A stretch of 59,755 nucleotides of DNA, the filler included. It is 6 parts of 6 records of this genome, joined end to end, with 100 filler letters (N's around TTAATTAATTAA, not from the genome) between each part and the next. Parts side by side here need not be neighbours in the genome. Positions count along the whole stretch, not along the records: positions 37,193 to 51,535 come from SRR2962707_425; 5 more parts are not named here. One strand, given 5' to 3'. The position numbers were made by a program, and so were the translations under genes. This document shows, piece after piece, positions 37,193-45,751 of the stretch; within the stretch, counting starts at the first letter, position 1, and every line of letters starts with the position of its first letter. Below the pieces are notes generated by a model, which worked only from the letters and a program-made list of their open reading frames with translations, was not told where the DNA came from and ran no database searches.

Positions 37193-37420
37193 GGCCCGGC
37201 GCTGGAAACCCCGATCCGCATGGAAATGATCCGCCACGGCATTTCGGGCGGGAACGGCAATGACGTCATGGCGCGGATTCTTGCCAGCGACGAAGGCCAG
37301 CAGGGCCTGATCGCCGGCGAGATGGATGGTGCCGATGCCTGCGACCCGGATTACAGTGGCGCTTACTTCGCCCGGGTCCTGTCGTACTTCACCGACGCAC
37401 AGGTGCGTGGCCCGCGCTGA
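37193..37420 (+). CDS. 3' end of a hypothetical protein (5'-truncated)
   Basis: Open frame from the contig edge with GC-rich third positions, ending TGA 2 nt from the convergent gene; no family recognised. Confidence 0.55.
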   Translation, partial: GPALETPIRMEMIRHGISGGNGNDVMARILASDEGQQGLIAGEMDGADACDPDYSGAYFARVLSYFTDAQVRGPR

Positions 37421-37422
37421 GG

Positions 37423-38601
37423 CTAGAGAGCTTCCACCGCTTCACACAGTTTTTCGATATCTCCGGCATCATTGTAATAGTGCACCGATGCCCGCACGAC
37501 TTCGTCCAGACCGCGATTTTCCATGTCGATGCGGGTCGAGCCCCGCCGTGACACCGAGACGTTGATGTTCTTTGCCGCCAGAGCCGCCTTGATCTCGTCC
37601 GGTGATTTACCGTCCATGATAAAGGTGGTGATGCCGCATTTCTGCGCCCCCAGATCGGTGAGGGTGACGCCCGGAATCGCCGACAGGGACCGGCGCAGGT
37701 CCTCTGCTGTCCCGATGATGCGGGACTGGATGTTTTCCATCCCCCATGCCAGCGCATAATCCACGGCCACGCCCAGCCCGATCACGGCCGCGATATTGAA
37801 TTCCCAGTTTTCGAAACGCTTGGCCGTCGGCAGGATTTCGAAGCTGTCGCGCCCGGTCCAGCTGGCAGCATGCAAATCCAGAAACAGCGGCTCCAGGGAT
37901 TCGATCCGGTTCTTGCGGACATACAGAAATCCGGTACCGCGTGGACCGCGTAGATATTTCCGTCCCGTCACTGATAGCGCATCGCAGCCGATCCGATCCA
38001 CATCCAGCACCAGCTGCCCGCACGACTGGCAGGCATCGAGCAGATAATAGACACCGGCGTCGCGGGCGATCTTGCCGATTTCCTCGGCAGGGTTGACGAG
38101 ACCGCCGTTGGTCGGCACGTGGGTCACCGAGATCATCCGCACCCGGTCATCGATCAGATTCCTCAGCGCCGCCAGGTCAACCGCGCCGTCTTCTCCGCTG
38201 GGGGCAACGACGATTTCCACACCGTGCGACCGGGCGGCCTGCAGATACGAGATATAGTTGGACGCATATTCCGCTTCGACGGTGATGATTTTGTCCCCGG
38301 GGCGGAACTGCCGGAGCATGGCATGGAAGGCCTGCAGCCAGGCGACGGATGCGTTCTCGACAAGGGCGATTTCACTGGCGTCCGCGTTCAGCAGCTCGGC
38401 AACCGCCTGATAGGTCCGCACCCGTTTGTCGTTTGCCAGCGCCGCCGCTTCGTAGCCGCCGATATCGGCTTCCAGCTGCAGGTGCCGGAACTGGGCATCC
38501 AGCACCGGTTGCGGCATCAACCCCGCACCGGCGTTATTGAAATGAACGACGTTTTTCGTTCCCGGCGTGTCGGCCCGCGCGCGTTCAATATCAATCGTCA
38601 T
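37423..38601 (-). CDS. Class V PLP-dependent aminotransferase/C-S lyase (EgtE / selenocysteine lyase-like)
   Basis: HFNNAGAG, LLDACQS, PLP lysine in SVTGRKYLRGPRGTG, VRASVHYYN; ATG at 38601 after GGAGGGG. Confidence 0.88.
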   Translation of the reverse strand: MTIDIERARADTPGTKNVVHFNNAGAGLMPQPVLDAQFRHLQLEADIGGYEAAALANDKRVRTYQAVAELLNADASEIALVENASVAWLQAFHAMLRQFRPGDKIITVEAEYASNYISYLQAARSHGVEIVVAPSGEDGAVDLAALRNLIDDRVRMISVTHVPTNGGLVNPAEEIGKIARDAGVYYLLDACQSCGQLVLDVDRIGCDALSVTGRKYLRGPRGTGFLYVRKNRIESLEPLFLDLHAASWTGRDSFEILPTAKRFENWEFNIAAVIGLGVAVDYALAWGMENIQSRIIGTAEDLRRSLSAIPGVTLTDLGAQKCGITTFIMDGKSPDEIKAALAAKNINVSVSRRGSTRIDMENRGLDEVVRASVHYYNDAGDIEKLCEAVEAL

Positions 38602-38633
38602 TTTCAGCCCCTCCTGTACGTCTGGAAGGTCGT

Positions 38634-39299
38634 TTATCGGCAAGGCAGGCGGGCATAGTAAAGGGATAAATCCGTAATATCCTGTTCACTCAGATGACGG
38701 ACCTGCCCCTCCATGATCGCGGCGCGGCGTTTTTCCTGACCATCCCCTTCCTGCAGCTTACCGGTTTTAAAACTCAGCATTTGCTGTTCCAGATATATAA
38801 AATCCTGCCCGGCAATGTTCGGTATATTTGGATTCTTGGCGTTGCCGTATTTGCCGTGGCAAACCTGACAGCGGGTTTCGACCCTTGGTGGGGGCAGCGG
38901 CGCACCGGTCATAATGGCACGACACGGCTTCGATGAATAATACGCCGCCAGGTCATTGATATCCTCGTCCTTAAGATCGATCACGTAGCTGTCCATGACT
39001 TCGTTTGTCCGCCGAGCCCTCATCATGGTCTTGGCTTCGCTCTCGACATAGGACGTGTATCCGGCCCTCAGCTTCGCGGACGCCCGCATCTCCCGGAGCT
39101 GCTTGACCAGATACTTGGCATGCTGATTCGCCAGGTTCGGAAACCCTTCAATGCGGTTTTCACCTTCCGTGCCATGGCACATCACGCACTTTTCAGCCAG
39201 CACGGCACCCCGTGCCGGGTCACCCTGGGCCCGGACCGGCGACGGCAGAACAAGCGCGATGAAGACGGGAATGAGAAAAAGGGAATTCAGGCGTAACAC
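38634..39299 (-). CDS. Periplasmic diheme cytochrome c (c4/c553 type)
   Basis: Signal peptide, two CxxCH motifs (CVMCH, CQVCH), PNLANQ..YL..QL and PNIAGQ..YL..QM, axial Met in each domain. Confidence 0.88.
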   Translation of the reverse strand: MLRLNSLFLIPVFIALVLPSPVRAQGDPARGAVLAEKCVMCHGTEGENRIEGFPNLANQHAKYLVKQLREMRASAKLRAGYTSYVESEAKTMMRARRTNEVMDSYVIDLKDEDINDLAAYYSSKPCRAIMTGAPLPPPRVETRCQVCHGKYGNAKNPNIPNIAGQDFIYLEQQMLSFKTGKLQEGDGQEKRRAAIMEGQVRHLSEQDITDLSLYYARLPCR

Positions 39300-39364
39300 A
39301 AGAAAGGCTCTCTGGTTGTTTCAATCATTCTCCAGCACGAACCTGACCCTAGCCTGTCGTCCGC

Positions 39365-40408
39365 TCATTTAGCCGAAGGCACACCCTTGGTCGTCGAATA
39401 TTCGAAATGCAGCGCTTTGTCGGGGAACACCCGCGCATAGGCATGATGCGCCGCGAACGCGGCTTCCGAGAAACCGGTCAGGATCAGTTTCAGTTTGCCC
39501 GGATAATCCGATATATCTCCGACGGCATAGATACCGGGGACCGACGTTTCAGCGGTCGCCGGGTCGGCGGGAATGCCGCCCTGCCCCGCCCCCAGACCCC
39601 AGTCCAGGATCGGCCCCAGATTCTGCGACAAGCCATAGAACGCAAGCAGGACATCTGCTTCGATTCGCCGCTCGTTGCCGTCCAGATCGGCGACGATCAC
39701 GGCTTCGAGGTGATCTTCGGTGCCGTCCAGACCCTGCAGTTGATAGGGCGTCACCAGATCGATGCTGCCGTCTTCGGCCAGCACCGTCATCCTGCGCACG
39801 CTCTCCTCCATCGCCCGGAACCGAGCGCGGCGATGCACCACATGGACCTTGTCCGCGATGCCGGAAAGCTGGATGGCCCAGTCGACGGCACTGTCCCCGC
39901 CACCGGCAATGACCACCCGTTTGCCTGCGAAATCCTTGACGGCGCCGACCATGTACTTGACCCCAAGTCCCGGCCCCTGCGCTTCATATCTTTCTATACC
40001 CGGCAGCGGTGGCCGTTTCGGACCGAAGGCCCCGACCCCGGCGGCAATGATCACGGCACGGGCGCTGATCTCGGTGCCCGCCGACGTGGTCAGGAGGAAA
40101 TCACCGGCTTTGCCCGACAACCCGGTGACCTGCTGATTGAGATGTATATGCGGCTCGAACGGGGCCATCTGCCGGTCCAGTGCGCGGATCAGGTCACCCG
40201 CGGCAATTTCGGGCTGCGCCGGAATGTCGAAGATCGGCTTTTCCGGATACAACGCCGCGCACTGCCCGCCGATGTCTTCAAGCGCGTCGATCAACCGGCA
40301 CTTCATGCCCAGCATGCCGCACTGGAATACCGCGAACAGTCCCACAGGCCCGGCACCGATGATTGCGACATCGGTGGAAAAGCGTTCGTTTGCGGGCTCT
40401 ATGGTCAC
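39365..40408 (-). CDS. Ferredoxin--NADP+ reductase, thioredoxin-reductase-like (YumC type)
   Basis: IIGAGPVG, GGQCAALYPEKPIFDIP, GGGDSAVDWA, HRR, GDI..YPGKLKLILTGF.E, C-terminal FEYSTT; no CxxC; GTG start at 40408 after AAAGGA. Confidence 0.9.
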   Translation of the reverse strand: MTIEPANERFSTDVAIIGAGPVGLFAVFQCGMLGMKCRLIDALEDIGGQCAALYPEKPIFDIPAQPEIAAGDLIRALDRQMAPFEPHIHLNQQVTGLSGKAGDFLLTTSAGTEISARAVIIAAGVGAFGPKRPPLPGIERYEAQGPGLGVKYMVGAVKDFAGKRVVIAGGGDSAVDWAIQLSGIADKVHVVHRRARFRAMEESVRRMTVLAEDGSIDLVTPYQLQGLDGTEDHLEAVIVADLDGNERRIEADVLLAFYGLSQNLGPILDWGLGAGQGGIPADPATAETSVPGIYAVGDISDYPGKLKLILTGFSEAAFAAHHAYARVFPDKALHFEYSTTKGVPSAK

Positions 40409-40528
40409 GTCTTCGGGTCCTTTGTCTGACCGTCCCGGCGGATCGGGGAACGGCATCACTAGGATGAGTGCCTGACGGCGGCGGTTCAAGTCTTGTTCGC
40501 CCGCAAAGCGGCATATACAAACGCAGTC

Positions 40529-41020
40529 ATGCACGATCAGACAGACCGCATTGCTGACGTATCCGTTGCCGACGAGGTTGGAACCCGTGACCTCGCCGCC
40601 CGGATCGCGCCCGTTCTGGCGGCGGGTGACGTGATTGCGCTCTCGGGGACACTCGGCGCCGGCAAGACGGCCTTTGCCCGGGCATTGATCAATGCCCTGC
40701 CGGGAGACGCCGAAGATGTCCCGAGCCCGACCTTCACCCTGGTCCAGACCTATCCGCGCGGCGCGCTCGAGATCTGGCATTTCGATCTGTACCGGCTCGA
40801 AGACCCGGATGAAGCCTATGAACTCGGGATCGAGGATGCCTTCGCTGACGCCGTCAGCCTGATCGAATGGCCGGACCGGCTGGGCACGCTGATGCCTGCC
40901 GGGCGGCTGCTCATCGACATTTCCGAAACCCCCGCCGGCCGCCGCTTCGTCATTTCCGGAGATGCCGCCTGGGCGGCGCGGCTTGCAGACGTTTTCGAAG
41001 GAATACTCCCGCATGGATAA
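40529..41020 (+). CDS. tsaE: tRNA threonylcarbamoyladenosine biosynthesis ATPase
   Basis: LSGTLGAGKT, SPTFTLVQTY, HFDLYRL, IEWP. Confidence 0.95.
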   Translation: MHDQTDRIADVSVADEVGTRDLAARIAPVLAAGDVIALSGTLGAGKTAFARALINALPGDAEDVPSPTFTLVQTYPRGALEIWHFDLYRLEDPDEAYELGIEDAFADAVSLIEWPDRLGTLMPAGRLLIDISETPAGRRFVISGDAAWAARLADVFEGILPHG

Positions 41021-42038
41021 ACGTGCCGAACCCCGGATGACGTTTCTGGCCAATGCCGGCTGGGCCGGGGCCAAGGTCAGCGTGCTGGCCGCCGATGCCT
41101 CGTTCCGGAGTTATTACCGGGTGCAGTTGAACGACCGCCAATGCGTGCTCATGGATGCGCCGCCGCCCGAAGAGGATATCCGCCCCTTCGTGACCGTCGG
41201 CCGCTACCTTGCGCAGCTCGGCTTCAGCGCACCGCGAATCCTCGCCGAAGATGAGCGTCGGGGCTTTCTGCTGCTCGAAGACCTCGGCGACGACACCTAT
41301 ACCCGCGTTTTTGAAGCCGGCGGCGATCAGGGACAATTGTACGACGCGGCGATCGATACCCTTGTGCATCTGCATGAACTGTCGTCGGCCAAAACCGCCC
41401 CCGAGGATATTCCCCCTTACGACATGGACCGGTTACTGGCCGAAGCCATGCTGTTTGTCGACTGGTACATGCCCGCCGTCGGCACCCCCGTCGATGACAC
41501 CACCCGCACCGCCTATGAAGAGGCCTGGCGCACCGTTTTCGCCGACATCGCCACACGGCGTGAAACGCTGGTGCTTCGCGATTATCACGTCGACAACCTG
41601 ATGTGGCTGCCCGCGCGAAGCGGCACCGCACGGTGCGGCCTGCTGGATTTCCAGGACGCCCTGATCGGCGCCCGCGCCTATGACCTGATGTCGCTGATCG
41701 AGGATGCGCGGCGCGACGTCGACCATAAACGCGCCGACCGGCTGATCGAACGCTATATCGCGGCCTGCGGCGATATCCGTGAAAGCGATCTCAGACGCGA
41801 TATCGCGATCCTCGGCGCCGGCCGTCATGCCAAGGTGATCGGCATCTTCACCCGGCTCAGCCGACGCGACAGTAAATCCCAGTATCTGGTGCACATTCCC
41901 CGCGTATGGCGCCTACTGGAAAACAGCCTGAGCCACCCGGCCCTTTCCCCGCTGGCCCAATGGTTCGCAGAAAACGTCCCGGCTGGCCTTCGCGTCGTTC
42001 CCGACGCCAATAACAAGAAATCCGGAGCCCCCGAATGA
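41013..42038 (+). CDS. amgK: Aminoglycoside-phosphotransferase-family anomeric MurNAc/GlcNAc kinase
   Basis: DASFRSYYR, LMDAPP, LLLEDLGD, RDYHVDNL, LDFQDA, KVIGIFTRL; lies between tsaE and the nucleotidyltransferase. Confidence 0.85.
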   Translation: MDKRAEPRMTFLANAGWAGAKVSVLAADASFRSYYRVQLNDRQCVLMDAPPPEEDIRPFVTVGRYLAQLGFSAPRILAEDERRGFLLLEDLGDDTYTRVFEAGGDQGQLYDAAIDTLVHLHELSSAKTAPEDIPPYDMDRLLAEAMLFVDWYMPAVGTPVDDTTRTAYEEAWRTVFADIATRRETLVLRDYHVDNLMWLPARSGTARCGLLDFQDALIGARAYDLMSLIEDARRDVDHKRADRLIERYIAACGDIRESDLRRDIAILGAGRHAKVIGIFTRLSRRDSKSQYLVHIPRVWRLLENSLSHPALSPLAQWFAENVPAGLRVVPDANNKKSGAPE

Positions 42039-42781
42039 AAGTTGAGACCCCGAAAATCGCCATGGTGCTTTCCGCCGGATACGGCAAACGCATGCGCCCG
42101 TTGACCGACACCACACCCAAACCAATGCTTGCGCTGAACGGCAAACCACTGATCGGCCATGTGATGGACCGCCTTGCGCATACCGGTGTCGAACGCGCCG
42201 TCGTCAATCTTCACTATCTGGGGGACCAGATCCGCGCCTACCTCGCCGATGAAAAACGGCTGGAGGTCATCTTTACCGATGAGCCGGAATTGCTGGAAAC
42301 CGGCGGCGGCGTGAAGAACGCCCTGCCGCACCTGACCGAATCTGGCACCCAACCGGTGTATGTTATGAATTCCGATGCGTTCTGGCTCGACGGCTACGAA
42401 GACACCCTCGTCCGGCTGGCGCGCGAATGGAAGGATGACACCATGGATGCGCTGTTGCTCTTGCACCAGACCCCGGAAAGCCACGGCTATTCCGGGCGCG
42501 GCGATTTCATGGCCGATCCGCTGGGGCGTCTTCAGCGCCGCCCGGAATCAGAGATCGCGCCGTGGCTGTTCGCCGGCGTGCAGATCCTTCATCCGCGACT
42601 GCTGGACGGCAGTCCTGACGGCGCATGGTCGCTGAACCTGTTATTCGACAAGGCCATCGCCGAAGATCGGCTGTATGGTGTCATCCACGACGGCGAATGG
42701 TTCCATATCGGCACGCCGGACGGTCTCACGGAGGCGGAGGCGTTCCTCAACGAACCCTATGCCGGTGAACGGAAAAGATAG
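42035..42781 (+). CDS. murU: N-acetylmuramate alpha-1-phosphate uridylyltransferase
   Basis: AMVLSAGYGKRMRPLT...PKP, LLETGGG, WFHIGTP; ATGA overlap with amgK. Confidence 0.85.
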   Translation: MKVETPKIAMVLSAGYGKRMRPLTDTTPKPMLALNGKPLIGHVMDRLAHTGVERAVVNLHYLGDQIRAYLADEKRLEVIFTDEPELLETGGGVKNALPHLTESGTQPVYVMNSDAFWLDGYEDTLVRLAREWKDDTMDALLLLHQTPESHGYSGRGDFMADPLGRLQRRPESEIAPWLFAGVQILHPRLLDGSPDGAWSLNLLFDKAIAEDRLYGVIHDGEWFHIGTPDGLTEAEAFLNEPYAGERKR

Positions 42782-42787
42782 GAAGAC

Positions 42788-45751
42788 ATGTTCGAAGGAC
42801 CGGCGCCACGCATAGTCACAATCGATAGCGGCGTCGCCTTTGTGGATTCCCTGGCGGCGCGGCTGATCGATCATGCCGGCGCCGATCCCATGAAACTCGC
42901 GGAAATGCGCATCCTGCTGCCGACGCGACGCGCTTGCCGGGCGCTGGCCGAGGCCTTCCTGCGGCTGGGCGGCGGACGGGCGCAGCTCTTGCCGACGATG
43001 ACCCCGCTGGGCGACATGGACGAGGAAGAACTCTCCATCGCCGAGGCCGGCCTGCCGCCGGGCGCACAGGATGCACTGGGGCTACCGCCCGCGATCCCGT
43101 CATTGCGCCGTCAGTTATTATTGAGCACCGCCGTCATGGCATTGCCAGATCATCGCATGCATCCGGAACAGGCGACCGCGCTGGCATTGGAGCTGGCCAA
43201 GCTGATCGACCGGCTGGCGACGGAAAACTGCAATCCCGAAGACATCCGCAAACTTGTCGGCGACGACAATGACTATGCCGAGCACTGGCAGCACGTGCTG
43301 CGGTTCCTCGAAATCCTGATCGCCGCATGGCCGAACATTCTGGCCGACGAAGGCTGCCTTGATCCGGCACAGCGCCGGAATGCCCTGCTCCACGCCCAGG
43401 CGCGGCTGTGGCGCGAGATACCGCCCTCGACCCCGGTCATCGCCGCCGGGTCGACCGGCTCGATCCCGGCGACCGCCGACCTGCTGGGTGTAATCGCCGG
43501 GCTGCCGCAGGGCATGGTCATTCTGCCCGGTCTCGACAAGGGGATGGCGGACGATGCCTGGAACCTGCTTGGCCCGACGCATCCCCAGTTCGGCCTGAAA
43601 CAGCTACTGGCTCGGCTCGATGTCGCCCGCACCGACGTCGCCGATTTCGGTGCGGCACCGGATACCGCGCGGAGCCGTCTGATATCCGTTGCCCTGACCC
43701 CGGCCCGCGCCCCGGCACCGGCGTTGCCCGGCAGCGATGATATCGAAGCCGCCCTGGCCCATGTGTCGCGCGTCGACTGTCCGGGGCCGAGCGAGGAAGC
43801 CGCCGTCATCGCACTGGCCATGCGCCGCACGCTTGAAACGCCGGAAAAAACCTGTGCGCTGATCACGCCAGACCGCAGTCTGGCCAGACGTGTCGCGGCA
43901 GCCCTGAAACGATGGGGGATCGAGGTCGATGACTCCGCCGGTATCCCGCTGGCGCAGACACCCCCCGGTGCTTTTCTGCGGCTTGTCGCCGATGCCTGCA
44001 CGGAACGGCTGGCGCCGGTCCCGCTGCTGGCCCTTTTGAAGCATCCCCTGGCCGCCGGGGGTCTGGACGCGGGCGATTTCCGTGGACTGGTCCGTGGCTT
44101 CGAGATCAGAGCCCTTCGCGGTCCGCGCCCGGCACCGGGCATTCAGGGCCTGAAATCGGCGCTGGGAGACAGTGCGAAGACCGCACACCTGCGCCCGCTG
44201 ATCGATATCATCGACAAGGCTCTGTCACCGCTGCTCGACCTGCTGTCGCGCGACAGTGTTGATTACAATGAAGTACTGGCCTGTCATGTCGCCGCTGCCG
44301 AAGCGCTCGCAACAGACAGGGAACTTGCCGGTGCGGCACGGTTGTGGGCCGGTGAGGCCGGTGATGCAGCGGCGCGATTCGTCGCCGAGATGGCCGAGGC
44401 GATCGACGTTCTGGGTGCCCAGCCGGGGACGTCCTATGCGGGGATGTTCGACGGTCTGTTGTCAGGCCGCGTCGTCCGCCCCCGCTTCGGCGCCCATCCC
44501 CGTCTGCATATCTGGGGGCTGCTTGAAGCCCGTCTGCAACATGCCGACACCGTCATTCTGGGCGGTCTGAACGAAGGCACATGGCCGCCGGAAGCCGAGA
44601 GCAACCCGTGGATGAGCCGCCCGATGATGACGGAAATCGGCCTTGAGATGCCGGAGCGACGGATCGGCCTGACGGCGCACGATTTCCAGCAGGCCTTTGC
44701 CGCGCCCGAGGTCATCCTGACCCGCGCCGAGCGTCTGGGCGGTGCACCGACGGTGCCGTCACGCTGGCTTTTGCGCATCGACAACCTTTTGGAACGTGCG
44801 GGCAGCAAAACCCGTCTCGGCGGCGATCCGGAAACACCCTGGCTGAAATGGGCCGACAAACTGGACGACGCAGAACCGATCCGGATCCGCGAGCCGAAAC
44901 CCCGCCCGCCGCTGAGCGCGCGCCCGAAACAGCTTTCGGTGACGCAGATCGAAACCCTGATCCGTGATCCCTATGCGGTCTATGCACGCCATGTGCTGGG
45001 ACTGAAAGCCATCGATCCGCTGGATGCCGATCCCGGCGCCGCCGATCGCGGCAGTCTGATCCATGAGGTTCTGGAAACCTTTGTCCGCGAATTTCCCGAT
45101 ACCGTCCCCGACGATGCCGAACGCCGTCTGCTGGAGATCGGCAGAGAGGTCTTCGCCGGTCATCTGGCGCGGCCCGGCGTGCGTGCCTTCTGGTGGCCGC
45201 GGTTCGAGCGCATTGCCGCCTGGTTCGCGGCCTGGCAGCGCCAGCGTCTTGCCGAGGGTTGGCAGGTCAGCTTTGCCGAGGAGATGGGAACCTATCACAT
45301 CGACGCCGTGCCGGCAGGCTTCACCATCACCGCCAAGCCGGACCGCATCGACCACCGGCCCGAGATCGGTCTGTCGATCATCGATTACAAGACAGGCCAG
45401 CCACCGAGCGAAAAGCAGGTCGAAAGCGGTTTCAGCCCGCAGCTGCCGCTGGAAGCCGTGATGGCCCGAAACGGCGCGTTCAAGGGTGTGCCCGCCGGGG
45501 ATGCGGCGGAACTTCTGTACATCCGTCTGTCGGGCGGACGTAAACCGGGTGAACTGAAACCGGTCAAAGCCGATATCCCGGCGCTGATCGACAAGACCCT
45601 GAACGGCGTGCACAAGCTGATCACTCACTATGCCGAACCCGACAACCCGTACCTGTCCGCACCCCGGCCGAAATTCGAAAACCGCTACAGCGATTACGGG
45701 CATCTGGCCCGCATCGCCGAATGGCGCGGCAGCGGCGAGGAAGACGAATGA
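42788..45751 (+). CDS. addB: Double-strand break repair protein AddB
   Basis: LPTRRACR, AAGSTGSIPATA, GLLEARL, LSVTQIETLIRDPY, nuclease motif KPDRID...IIDYKTG, end DYGHLARIAEW. Confidence 0.95.
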   Translation: MFEGPAPRIVTIDSGVAFVDSLAARLIDHAGADPMKLAEMRILLPTRRACRALAEAFLRLGGGRAQLLPTMTPLGDMDEEELSIAEAGLPPGAQDALGLPPAIPSLRRQLLLSTAVMALPDHRMHPEQATALALELAKLIDRLATENCNPEDIRKLVGDDNDYAEHWQHVLRFLEILIAAWPNILADEGCLDPAQRRNALLHAQARLWREIPPSTPVIAAGSTGSIPATADLLGVIAGLPQGMVILPGLDKGMADDAWNLLGPTHPQFGLKQLLARLDVARTDVADFGAAPDTARSRLISVALTPARAPAPALPGSDDIEAALAHVSRVDCPGPSEEAAVIALAMRRTLETPEKTCALITPDRSLARRVAAALKRWGIEVDDSAGIPLAQTPPGAFLRLVADACTERLAPVPLLALLKHPLAAGGLDAGDFRGLVRGFEIRALRGPRPAPGIQGLKSALGDSAKTAHLRPLIDIIDKALSPLLDLLSRDSVDYNEVLACHVAAAEALATDRELAGAARLWAGEAGDAAARFVAEMAEAIDVLGAQPGTSYAGMFDGLLSGRVVRPRFGAHPRLHIWGLLEARLQHADTVILGGLNEGTWPPEAESNPWMSRPMMTEIGLEMPERRIGLTAHDFQQAFAAPEVILTRAERLGGAPTVPSRWLLRIDNLLERAGSKTRLGGDPETPWLKWADKLDDAEPIRIREPKPRPPLSARPKQLSVTQIETLIRDPYAVYARHVLGLKAIDPLDADPGAADRGSLIHEVLETFVREFPDTVPDDAERRLLEIGREVFAGHLARPGVRAFWWPRFERIAAWFAAWQRQRLAEGWQVSFAEEMGTYHIDAVPAGFTITAKPDRIDHRPEIGLSIIDYKTGQPPSEKQVESGFSPQLPLEAVMARNGAFKGVPAGDAAELLYIRLSGGRKPGELKPVKADIPALIDKTLNGVHKLITHYAEPDNPYLSAPRPKFENRYSDYGHLARIAEWRGSGEEDE

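Noticed and set aside
40409-41074. 220-aa N-terminal extension on the ferredoxin-NADP reductase (569-aa ORF)
   Set aside because: It is the antisense shadow of tsaE; a GTG with RBS at 40408 gives a normal-length enzyme
44900-45751. AddB lacking the four Fe-S cluster cysteines
   Set aside because: DPY and DYxHLAR in place of the Cys motifs is the usual alphaproteobacterial AddB form, not a novelty
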